A DNA stretch of 64,000 nucleotides, taken from positions 193,544-257,543 of the forward strand of contig DAHWKL010000002.1 of the NCBI GenBank assembly GCA_027343665.1. Direction: 5' to 3'. The notes under the pieces are model-generated. The model did no database searches. It was not told where the DNA came from and saw only the letters and a list, made by a program, of their open reading frames with translations. Numbering within the stretch: position 1 is the first letter of the stretch; each line of letters begins with the position of its first letter. Made by a program: the position numbers and the translations under genes. Source of the DNA: an archaeon. Lineage in GTDB: Archaea > Nanobdellota > Nanobdellia > Pacearchaeales > GW2011-AR1. This document shows positions 1 through 8,247 of the stretch, piece after piece.

Positions 1-417
1 GAAACCGCTCACAAGCCCTGCCATTATCGAAGGAACCTCATTGAAAACTTTTTCATAAAAGGTATAATTGTTAAAAGTTGGGGCTGTAATTTCGGAGGAG
101 AAAAGACTCACAAAAGCTGAAGGTTTGAATCTGTGCAACAATTCTCTCAGGTTTCTTACACTACGATAATCTGCTTTCAGGAGCTTTATCATAACGGCCG
201 TACGTTCATTGGCATTCGTATCAATTCCCAAGTAACCGTAAGGCTTCGGGATCCTGAAATGGTAGAGCTCATTGGATTGTCCACACCCAAAATCAATCAC
301 ACTATTAAAATTTTTATCTGAAGTTGTTATAGCTAAAACAGAATCATGAGCTTTCCTAACCGACGGTTCCAGGAGATAATCCTCGTACTGCTTGTAGAAA
401 TCATTGTTATATGCCAT
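1..417 (-). CDS. class I SAM-dependent methyltransferase (partial, runs off window start)
   Basis: Translated by hand, not in ORF track: MAYNNDFYKQYEDY...SVIDFGCGQ...YLGIDTN; motif I (IDFGCG) and motif II (GID); open to base 1. Confidence 0.7.
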   Translation of the reverse strand, partial: MAYNNDFYKQYEDYLLEPSVRKAHDSVLAITTSDKNFNSVIDFGCGQSNELYHFRIPKPYGYLGIDTNANERTAVMIKLLKADYRSVRNLRELLHRFKPSAFVSLFSSEITAPTFNNYTFYEKVFNEVPSIMAGLVSGF

Positions 418-460
418 ATGAAATTCAAAAATCAAAGATTTATAAAAATTTATATGATCC

Positions 461-1738
461 TTACTCTACCAGTCTCTTATTCAATTCACCTGCGAAATTT
501 TCGAGCATTTTTTCTTTCACAGTCGCCGGAGATGAAGCCCATTCATTATGCCCAAGAACCCAACCAAGTTTTACATAAGCAGTCTCAGGAAGCATATCTT
601 CAAGGTAGATTATTCCTGTATCAAGGAGTTCTCTTCCATTTGTATAAACAAGAGGATCAAGTCTTCCATATATAGTTTGCGGAGCAGCACATATTATGAG
701 ACCTTTTTTCTGGACTTCAGCAAGTTTTTTTGTCCAACCTTTTCTCGCTCTTGAAGTGGGAGCATGCCCAAGCCCAGACAATTCCAAAACAATTCCCTTG
801 TATCCTTTATCAAGATAATAATCCAGTATTTCCGGATCTTGCCCGGGATAAACCTGAACCAAAGCAACTTTCTCTTCAAATTTTGTATCCGTTTCGACTT
901 TATCCTTGTTTCTCATTCGATGAGAAGAGACCTTTTGGAGTTTGTCAGGAAATATCTTGGCGTAAGGTTCCGCATTTATTATCCTGAAGGCATCTCTTCT
1001 TGAGGAATGCATCTTTCTCACTTTAGTTCCCGGCATTGCATAACAGAAATCATCATTTGTTGTCGCGTGACCGACAAGCATCACTTCAGCCATATCCGAA
1101 ATCGCTGCAAGGGCAGATGCCTGAAGATTCAAATTAGCATCAGAACTTCCCCTGTCTATGCTTCTCTGGGAATAAGTCAAAACAACAGGTTTATTCAAAT
1201 TCCTAAGGAAAAAAGACAATGCCGCTGAAGTGTAATGCAAAAAATCAGTTCCGTGGGTGATAATAAGTCCGTTTATTGAAGGGTCATTCAAAATTTCCGC
1301 CGCAACCTTGGCTATTTTCTGCCAATCCTTGTAATCCATGTCTTCAGACGCTTTCATAAAAGGCACTTCAACTTTTTTCACATTGACTTTTTTAAAAAAT
1401 TCGGGATAAAACCTGAAAAGCATATCCGGCGAAGTGAGCCAGTCAACACCGCCTTTCTGAGGATTCAGTCTTGCAGCGATAGTCCCTCCGGTAATTATCA
1501 TAGCAACGTCGGGCTTTCCATCTGAACTTCCAAGCGTGAACTCTTTTTTCTCTTCATTTATTTTTTTCACAAGTTTAATCTTCAGGACATCTTTTTTGTT
1601 AAATCCTATATCATAACCATTCTCGAGTTTTAATAGGAAAGTTCCCGCTTTGGGACTCGGCAGAAGCGTTCCTTCATAAGTTTCTTTTCCCATTTCCACC
1701 TCAACAATATTCCCAAAATTATCCTCTATTTCCATCAA
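461..1738 (-). CDS. gatD: Glu-tRNA(Gln) amidotransferase subunit D
   Basis: N-terminal LKLENGYDIG domain; asparaginase motifs TGGTIA, HGTD, SQRSIDRGSSD, RKMHSSRRDAF. Confidence 0.95.
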   Translation of the reverse strand: MMEIEDNFGNIVEVEMGKETYEGTLLPSPKAGTFLLKLENGYDIGFNKKDVLKIKLVKKINEEKKEFTLGSSDGKPDVAMIITGGTIAARLNPQKGGVDWLTSPDMLFRFYPEFFKKVNVKKVEVPFMKASEDMDYKDWQKIAKVAAEILNDPSINGLIITHGTDFLHYTSAALSFFLRNLNKPVVLTYSQRSIDRGSSDANLNLQASALAAISDMAEVMLVGHATTNDDFCYAMPGTKVRKMHSSRRDAFRIINAEPYAKIFPDKLQKVSSHRMRNKDKVETDTKFEEKVALVQVYPGQDPEILDYYLDKGYKGIVLELSGLGHAPTSRARKGWTKKLAEVQKKGLIICAAPQTIYGRLDPLVYTNGRELLDTGIIYLEDMLPETAYVKLGWVLGHNEWASSPATVKEKMLENFAGELNKRLVE

Positions 1739-1774
1739 AAATTAAAACCTTGCAGGGTTAAAAAGATTTGGGAA

Positions 1775-2110
1775 TTAAAGTTCAATTAATATCATGCTTA
1801 AGACGCCCAATCCTATCCCAATTTTATTAACTAAAGATAGTTTATCACCGAAGTACAAAACCCCAACAAGAGCGATGATCACAAGATTTAAAATAGTGAA
1901 AATAGAAATTGCTTTGGATAAGTATTCGTATTTCAATGAAAAAACCTAAAAAAAAACAGTTCCTACAATGTAAAGAAATATTCTCATATAAAAAAGAATA
2001 TTTTTCCCGTTGATAGACCATTCTTTGAAGAAAATATCTCCTGCAATTTCAAGAAGAACTGCAAAAATAACTGAGCCGAAAAATAGTATTTTTATAGTCA
2101 TAGGATTCAT
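1775..2110 (-). pseudogene. SMR/DMT-family small 4-TM transporter interrupted by an in-frame TAG
   Basis: Hand translation MNPMTIKILFFGSVIFAVLLEIAGDIFFKEWS...GTVFF*VFSLKYEYLSKAISIFTILNLVIIALVGVLYFGDKLSLVNKIGIGLGVLSMILIEL; TAG at 1946-1948 (codon 55). Confidence 0.7.
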
Positions 2111-2155
2111 ACATGGAAGAGATGATTATAATTATTAAAGATTATTAAAATATGC

Positions 2156-3292
2156 TTACAGTCCGATAATTCCGATTAGAAATTCCCAAAAAACTCCGAT
2201 TATAAAAACAAACGAAATGGAAATTATTATGAACCAGTTTATAGTAACGGAATATTCAGGTTTTAGTTCACCTTTTCCTTTTGCACCTCTTATTATAAAA
2301 AGGCTCAGGATGCTGATTATACCCCCTGAGACAATCCCGCCTATCGAAAGTATCTTTGTAAATGAAAAGAAACTGAAGAAACTTATAAAAATATAAATTA
2401 AGATTGGAACTGCTGAAACTAAAACCCAAGATTTGAATTTCTTGAACCTGTCATCAAGTTCAAAATTTTCTTCAAGAGCATTCCCAAGAGAAAAATGGGC
2501 GCTGAACATCGTGAATATACCCAAAGTTACGAAGATTGATCCCAAGGCGAACGTCGCTATCTCGGGGGCATCCCTTCCGGTTATACCAATAACAATGAAT
2601 GTAAATATCAAGTATATAACAAAAGACACGAGTGAGCCGGAGATTATTACTTTTTTCATCAGACTTTTGTCTTTCCTTAGCACAAGCGAAATTTCAGGTA
2701 TCGCTTGAGCAGATTCAAGAGCAAAAAGAACAATCCCAAAAGGAAGAAGTGCATTAGAAAAATTAAAATAAGTAAAATTCGAATAATCAACCTTTCCAAC
2801 AAAAAAAATGAATATCAACGAAACTAAGAGTAGTACAATCATCACACCGTATTTTTCATATTTTTTAAGTGCCCTCGTGCCTTTCCAGAGTAAAGAAGAC
2901 ATGAAGATTCCAAAAGCTACTCCGAAAAAGATCCCATAAGAGGCACTTCCGGTTACAAGAAAACTAAAACTGTCCCCCACACCTTTTAGATAAGCGACAA
3001 TCGCGGCATAGATGCCAAAAACAAGAGCAAAATCCATCCATTTTTCAGCCCATTTTCCGACGTATTTTCTGGCGTATCCGGAAAGCTGATGTTTTTCTTT
3101 TGTCCTTAGGACAACTTCCCCGATATAGAGATTTATCAGCAAGATTATCCCTCCTAAAAAGACAAGATAAAATAATGTTATGAAAAAACCGGAAAGTGAA
3201 GTTATATGGGGAATCCCGAGAATTCCTGCACCGACACATGTCCCGACAAGGATCGCTGACGCTGAAAGATATTTTCTTGTTTTCGGATCCAT
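2156..3292 (-). CDS. aromatic amino acid permease (TyrP/Mtr, HAAAP family)
   Basis: GTCVGAGILGIP N-terminal motif, about 11 TM helices; ATG at 3292 (MDPKTRKY) preferred. Confidence 0.85.
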   Translation of the reverse strand: MDPKTRKYLSASAILVGTCVGAGILGIPHITSLSGFFITLFYLVFLGGIILLINLYIGEVVLRTKEKHQLSGYARKYVGKWAEKWMDFALVFGIYAAIVAYLKGVGDSFSFLVTGSASYGIFFGVAFGIFMSSLLWKGTRALKKYEKYGVMIVLLLVSLIFIFFVGKVDYSNFTYFNFSNALLPFGIVLFALESAQAIPEISLVLRKDKSLMKKVIISGSLVSFVIYLIFTFIVIGITGRDAPEIATFALGSIFVTLGIFTMFSAHFSLGNALEENFELDDRFKKFKSWVLVSAVPILIYIFISFFSFFSFTKILSIGGIVSGGIISILSLFIIRGAKGKGELKPEYSVTINWFIIISISFVFIIGVFWEFLIGIIGL

Positions 3293-3303
3293 ATTCACCT
3301 CTA

Positions 3304-3376
3304 CGAGCCTACTAGGAATCGAACCTAGATCTTCGGGGCCGAAACCCGATATTCTGATCCATTAAACTATAGGCCC
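3304..3376 (-). tRNA. tRNA-Arg(TCG)
   Basis: GGGCCTA/TAGGCTC acceptor, TCGGG-TTTCGGC-CCCGA anticodon arm, GTTCGATTC T-loop. Confidence 0.92.
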
Positions 3377-3494
3377 TTTTCTCATTTTGTCTGCCCACAG
3401 TTTTCAGAAGTTGCTTCCTTCTGAACTATGAGCCATTTTCTGATTAAATAAAATGCTCGGGTAGATTTAAATAATTTGAGATTTTGATAAGAAA

Positions 3495-4376
3495 ATGAAA
3501 AGGCATCATAAGATAATTTTAGGGGGATTTTCAACACTTATAATAGTTTCAATAATTGTCATAGCGATACTCCTTAATGGAATTATAATAAAGCAAAATA
3601 TAGAAAATGCGGCACTTAGCCAGCAGGTTTCGGAGTTACAAAGCAGCACAAATGGGAAAATAAATGAACTCGCTACAAGCCTCATTGAAACAAAACAATC
3701 ATTGAATAATCAGCTTGAAGGGATAAATCAGAATTTGAATTCAACAAATACAAAGCTAAGTGAACTGAAAGTTCAGTCAGGATCAGATTTTTCTGGTATA
3801 ATAAAAGAAGACCTTGGTTCTATTGTAATAATTAGGACATTGACAGAACAGGGTTCAGGATTCTTTATTGCAAACGGTTATGTTGTGACAAATGAACATG
3901 TCATAGCGTCTCCAAACGGAAATGTGTCTGAAGTCATTCAGGTCGTTACAAGCGATAATAGAGTACATACAGGAACATTAATCGGTTATATAAAAGATCT
4001 TGACATAGCCCTTATAAAAACCGATGGTGGATATAGCTCTCTGAAACTCCAGAATTCAAGTGCGGTAAATGTAGGGGAAAAAGTTGTGGCAATAGGAACT
4101 CCTGAAGGATTAAGCTTCTCGGCTACGGACGGAATCGTGTCAGCAATCGGAAGAACAATCCCCGGAACAGTCGGGACTTATATCCAAACAAATGCTCAGC
4201 TTAACCCCGGAAACTCTGGAGGGCCATTAATTGACGAGAATGGCGAAGTTGTGGGGATGAATAATTTCAAGCTTAACAATTCAGAAGGCATAGGATTCGC
4301 CCTTGAGTCTGATAAAATAAAATTAGGGGTAAACACTATAAGCCAAGAACTTATGAATGAGACTCTAATAAGTTAA
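3495..4376 (+). CDS. membrane-anchored trypsin-like (HtrA/DegP-type, no PDZ) serine protease
   Basis: N-terminal TM plus coiled coil; GSGF, TNEHV, DIA, QTNAQLNPGNSGGPL catalytic motifs. Confidence 0.9.
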   Translation: MKRHHKIILGGFSTLIIVSIIVIAILLNGIIIKQNIENAALSQQVSELQSSTNGKINELATSLIETKQSLNNQLEGINQNLNSTNTKLSELKVQSGSDFSGIIKEDLGSIVIIRTLTEQGSGFFIANGYVVTNEHVIASPNGNVSEVIQVVTSDNRVHTGTLIGYIKDLDIALIKTDGGYSSLKLQNSSAVNVGEKVVAIGTPEGLSFSATDGIVSAIGRTIPGTVGTYIQTNAQLNPGNSGGPLIDENGEVVGMNNFKLNNSEGIGFALESDKIKLGVNTISQELMNETLIS

Positions 4377-4416
4377 CAACTAAATTAATTTAAATCAATA
4401 AAATTTCAGATTAAAC

Positions 4417-5874
4417 ATGAAAGAAACTAAATCAGAGGAAGGGCTGACTGTGAAAAAAGATGAAAATTTTTCGGATTGGTTCAGTGAAGTAATAGAAAAA
4501 GCAGAGATTGTTGATCTAAGACTCGGGATAAAAGGATTCATTGTCATAAGACCATGGGGAGCTCAGATTATAGAGAATATGTTTGAGCATCTTGAAAATG
4601 AACTCCAGAGAAAAGGACACAAGCCGACATTCATGCCTTCGGTCATCCCAAAAGAAAATCTTACAAAAGAAAGCGAACACATCAAAGGATTCACTCCTGA
4701 AGTCTTTTGGCTCAAGGGAATTGGCGAAAATCAGGAACTTGCATTAAGACCCACATCTGAAACTGTTTACACTCCTATGTTCAAACTTTGGGTAAGAAGT
4801 TGGAGAGATTTGCCACTCAAGCTCTATCAAAGAGCACATGTTTTCAGACTTGACACGAAAGCTACTAGACCTCTTATCAGGGGAAGAGAATTTATCTGGA
4901 TTGAGTGCCATGATGCTTTTGAATCGAAAGAAGACGCTGAGAAACAGGTGCAGGAGGATATAGATACAACAGAAAAAGTGATGCATCAGATTTATGGAAT
5001 CCCGTTTTTTCCTATGAAAAGGCCTGAATGGGATAAGTTTGCAGGAGCAGAATATACTGTCGGATCTGATTGCTTCATGCCAGACGGAAAACTAATACAA
5101 CAACCTTCAACACACCTGATGGGCCAAAAATTCTCTAAAGCTTTCAGTGCAAAATTCAAAAATAGAAATGAAAAAGAAGAATATCTCTGGACAACAGCTT
5201 ACGGTCCAGCAGTCTCAAGAATCCTCGCTTCAGTAATCGCAACCCATGGTGATGATTCAGGGTTAATAATCCCTTTTTCAATATCCCCCGTACAAACAGT
5301 CATAGTCCCGATATTCACTGCTAAGAACAAAAATGAAATATTGAAAAAAGCTGAAGAGATAAAAAACATTCTTGAAAAAAAAGATATAAAATCTTATGTT
5401 GATGCTGATCCTGAAAAAAGGCCGGGAGAAAAATATCACGTGTGGGAATTAAAGGGCGTCCCGTTCAGGATAGAATTAGGGGAAAAAGAGATAAAAGAAA
5501 ATGAAATAACTTTGTTCACAAGGGACACAAAAAAGAAAGATAAAATGAAGATCAGTGAACTCGGAGAGATAAAAAAATTGGGTGAAGAGTTTGACAAGAG
5601 ACTCCGTGAAAAAGCCGACAAGTTCTCGGGAGGAAGGATAGTTGATTGCAATGACAGAAAGAATATCAAAAAAATAATAGAATCCGGAAAGATGGCAAGA
5701 GTAAATTTTTGCTCAACTGAAAAAGAAGGCGTGAAGTGCGCAGAGATTGTGGAAACTGAAATGGGTGGTGATGTGAGAGGAACTCTTGCAAACAAGAATG
5801 AGATTCCAAAAGGAAATTGTGTGATATGCGGCAAAACTGCATCAAAAGTGGTTTATATCGGGAAAAGCTATTGA
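4417..5874 (+). CDS. proS: proline--tRNA ligase (archaeal/eukaryotic type)
   Basis: LALRPTSET, RGREFIW, anticodon-binding domain WELKGVP, C-terminal Cys cluster ending KSY. Confidence 0.97.
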   Translation: MKETKSEEGLTVKKDENFSDWFSEVIEKAEIVDLRLGIKGFIVIRPWGAQIIENMFEHLENELQRKGHKPTFMPSVIPKENLTKESEHIKGFTPEVFWLKGIGENQELALRPTSETVYTPMFKLWVRSWRDLPLKLYQRAHVFRLDTKATRPLIRGREFIWIECHDAFESKEDAEKQVQEDIDTTEKVMHQIYGIPFFPMKRPEWDKFAGAEYTVGSDCFMPDGKLIQQPSTHLMGQKFSKAFSAKFKNRNEKEEYLWTTAYGPAVSRILASVIATHGDDSGLIIPFSISPVQTVIVPIFTAKNKNEILKKAEEIKNILEKKDIKSYVDADPEKRPGEKYHVWELKGVPFRIELGEKEIKENEITLFTRDTKKKDKMKISELGEIKKLGEEFDKRLREKADKFSGGRIVDCNDRKNIKKIIESGKMARVNFCSTEKEGVKCAEIVETEMGGDVRGTLANKNEIPKGNCVICGKTASKVVYIGKSY

Positions 5875-5982
5875 TTTCTCCGTGAGAACCATCGGGAGAA
5901 TTCATCATTAATTTAAGAGCAACAAAAGAATTTTTAAGCCGTCATCGAGAGTTCACCCTATCAAAAAAGTCTCAGGATCGGT

Positions 5983-6093
5983 CTAGTCCTCTTCTAGAAA
6001 GATCGAATTGAGTTCATCTTCCATCGCCAAGGTTCTTTCATATAATGAACCCAACTCTTTTTCCAATTCCATTTTTTCGACTTCCTTTTTCAT
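5983..6093 (-). CDS. small acidic helical protein (36 aa)
   Basis: Hand translation MKKEVEKMELEKELGSLYERTLAMEDELNSIFLEED; purine-rich coding-like composition. Confidence 0.5.
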   Translation of the reverse strand: MKKEVEKMELEKELGSLYERTLAMEDELNSIFLEED

Positions 6094-6097
6094 TTTT

Positions 6098-6247
6098 CGC
6101 GTTATTATCCACGCGATCTGAATTAAACAAGAATCATATGCTTAATTTAACTCAGCCGTGTGAATTAAATCAAGCTCAGTTTAGGAGAGTAATAACTGGC
6201 TTAAAACAATAATTCCATTTTATGGATGCTCTAAGCTTTTTACTCAT
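6098..6247 (-). ncRNA. candidate structured leader/ncRNA (possible pseudoknot) containing a 23-codon uORF (6176-6247)
   Basis: Minus-strand pairings GAGTAA/TTACTC crossed by AAGCTTAG/CTGAGCTT; hairpins AATTAAGCA/TGTTTAATT and CGCGT/ACGCG; TATA-like GTTAAAAAG about 29 nt upstream. Confidence 0.35.
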
Positions 6248-6330
6248 AAAATCTGCAGGACAATTTACTTTTTAACCTTTTTGCTTCACGAGAAGATAAA
6301 AAAATTCTAAAAAGGTTTAGATAAAATCTC

Positions 6331-7041
6331 TTAACTTCTTATGGCTATAAAAGCAAGAATGAGAGAAGCAAGAAAGATTATGATTCCCACAGCATTATTT
6401 GAAGCTGAACCAAGTGTTCCGATGGCATTACCATTCAGGTTCGACGATAAAAAGTACAAACTGAAAACAAAACCCGTGACAGCTCCTATCCCCATGACTG
6501 TTTTCTCAATACCCTTTCTCTTTTCTTGATTTTTCATCTTGCCAGCTAAAAGATAAAGATCCGTAGCGTGATCACGATCTGCCATTCTGTTAAAAAATTT
6601 AGCTAAAAGAGCCAACCCATTCGCGTCTTTTCCTTTCCTGAAATAATTTTCTGCATCCTTTAAATTATCATCTGCAGGATTATAAGATTGATGCTCACTA
6701 ACCTGCTTATAAGCATTCCGATATTTTACTACACTTAATCCAAAAAGACCATTAAGGTCATGAATCAATTCATATCCTGCTTTTGAAAAATATTTGTGTG
6801 CAAGCTCTTCTTCCCCTGCTGCCTCATAATGATAAGCTGCTTCAGCCCAATATTTCATTTTAGCTGACAAATCACCAAAAACTTCATCAAAATTTTTTCT
6901 TGTTCTTGGATTGAATAATAAATCTCTCCTTGAATTCAACTTCTTAAGGTAATGATGCTTTGCATCATTTCCATCAAAAGAATTAAGCTTCTCTTTTATC
7001 TTTTCAACACTCATGCCAAATTTGGCTTTATGCCCAACCAT
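6331..7041 (-). CDS. helical-repeat (TPR-like) protein with C-terminal 2-TM anchor
   Basis: Repeated AAYHYEAAG / AENYFRKG / ATDLYLLAG helices; two C-terminal hydrophobic segments flanking NLNGNAIG. Confidence 0.6.
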   Translation of the reverse strand: MVGHKAKFGMSVEKIKEKLNSFDGNDAKHHYLKKLNSRRDLLFNPRTRKNFDEVFGDLSAKMKYWAEAAYHYEAAGEEELAHKYFSKAGYELIHDLNGLFGLSVVKYRNAYKQVSEHQSYNPADDNLKDAENYFRKGKDANGLALLAKFFNRMADRDHATDLYLLAGKMKNQEKRKGIEKTVMGIGAVTGFVFSLYFLSSNLNGNAIGTLGSASNNAVGIIIFLASLILAFIAIRS

Positions 7042-7065
7042 CTCTTTTTTAGGGTCAGGGGCTAT

Positions 7066-8112
7066 TTAATCTTTTTTATCTTCAAGTATCTTGCCCAAGT
7101 TCTCCTCGAAAAGATCAAGCTGGTCCTCATTCATCTGAGCTCCCACAGCATCTTTATGGCCCCCGTGAGTTGCGAGTGGAATATTTTCAAGCGCCTTTTC
7201 GACTATATCACGCGCGTCTTTTCCGCGTATTGAGACATTGACGCGCGCTCCTTTAAGGAATGCTACAACGATAAGTTTTTTAGGAAATGCAAAGTTCAGT
7301 TTATTTGAAAGATCTGCACTCATACTTATCTCACCCGAGTATCTGAAAAAAAGAAGCTTTCCGGGAGAGGATTTTTTCTTGGCCTTTTGGTACAAAACAT
7401 TCATCTTTTTATCTATTACTTCAAACCTTCTGTGAAAAGAAAGATTTTCCGGGTTTTCTTCAAGTACTTCATAAGGAGTTTTTACATTCACCAGAAATTT
7501 TATCATTTTTTTCACGAGGCTTGTCCTGTCTTTTAATCCGGCACCCATCATCCTGGATATCTTTCCTATCTCAGAAAAATAAAAAATCTCAAACGGTTCT
7601 GTGGATTTTATACATAGTTCTGGATAATCTTTCATAAAATTTTCGTATTCTTTTGGAAAAAACTTATCAGCAAGGCAGCCGGCAATGAGAATCCATAAAT
7701 CAGATTTATTCCTTGTAACTTCATAACAAATTTTGGTCACAGGTTCTGAATTTCCGTCTGAAAAAAGAGGGTTATAATAATAAACTTCTCTTGGAATTTT
7801 TTCCTTGTCGCTTTCATGATGATCCACCCACACGACAGGAATATTTTTTTCTTTTGAAAGAGAGAAAAATTCATCTGAAACCCGGGGCTGGTCAAGTATG
7901 AAAATATAATCCGGGTTTATTTCATCAGTCTTACTAAAATATTCTTTTCCAAGCGGAGAAGTTTTAACCGGAACACCATAACCTTTTTTATAAAATCTGC
8001 GAAGCAGAAGATATCCGCAAAGGCCATCCTGATCGTTGTCGAAATAAAAAAGCGGATTCTGGGCTCTCTCAAGATGCTCTTTTAATTCATCAATTTCATT
8101 ATTATTTAACAT
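7066..8112 (-). CDS. DHH/DHHA1 phosphoesterase
   Basis: DNDQDG, ILD, VDHH and GGH motifs. Confidence 0.88.
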   Translation of the reverse strand: MLNNNEIDELKEHLERAQNPLFYFDNDQDGLCGYLLLRRFYKKGYGVPVKTSPLGKEYFSKTDEINPDYIFILDQPRVSDEFFSLSKEKNIPVVWVDHHESDKEKIPREVYYYNPLFSDGNSEPVTKICYEVTRNKSDLWILIAGCLADKFFPKEYENFMKDYPELCIKSTEPFEIFYFSEIGKISRMMGAGLKDRTSLVKKMIKFLVNVKTPYEVLEENPENLSFHRRFEVIDKKMNVLYQKAKKKSSPGKLLFFRYSGEISMSADLSNKLNFAFPKKLIVVAFLKGARVNVSIRGKDARDIVEKALENIPLATHGGHKDAVGAQMNEDQLDLFEENLGKILEDKKD

Positions 8113-8147
8113 TAAAAATAGAGCAAACTTCAGTATAAAAATCTAAT

Positions 8148-8247
8148 TTACAATCCTTTCCCTAAGTTAACTTTTTCCTTTCGGTTTTGTTTGAAGAAGA
8201 AAATCGCAGAAAAGTTACAATCCTTTCCCTAAGTTAACTTTTTCCTT
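8148..8247. repeat. perfect 33-bp direct repeat (8148-8180, 8215-8247) duplicating the 3' end of disA, separated by 34 bp
   Basis: ttacaatcctttccctaagttaactttttcctt occurs twice. Confidence 0.95.

Noticed and set aside
133-1228. Short + strand ORFs (and similar shadow ORFs throughout the track)
   Set aside because: Antisense to well-supported genes and without recognisable motifs.
1946-1948. Pyrrolysine or alternative genetic code
   Set aside because: TAG terminates several normal genes and no pyl genes are visible.
3393-3435. Bacterial-type small SRP RNA (AAGGAAGCAAC)
   Set aside because: It lacks the CAGG half of helix 8, and a better SRP RNA is at 31902-32166.
5666-5908. Antisense ORF into the proS 3' end and imperfect repeats at 5890-5906/5943-5957
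   Set aside because: Shadow ORF; the repeats are short and imperfect, more simply a terminator-like hairpin.
8148-8247. CRISPR mini-array (33-bp repeat, 34-bp spacer)
   Set aside because: Only two units, one is coding sequence of disA, and there are no cas genes in the window.
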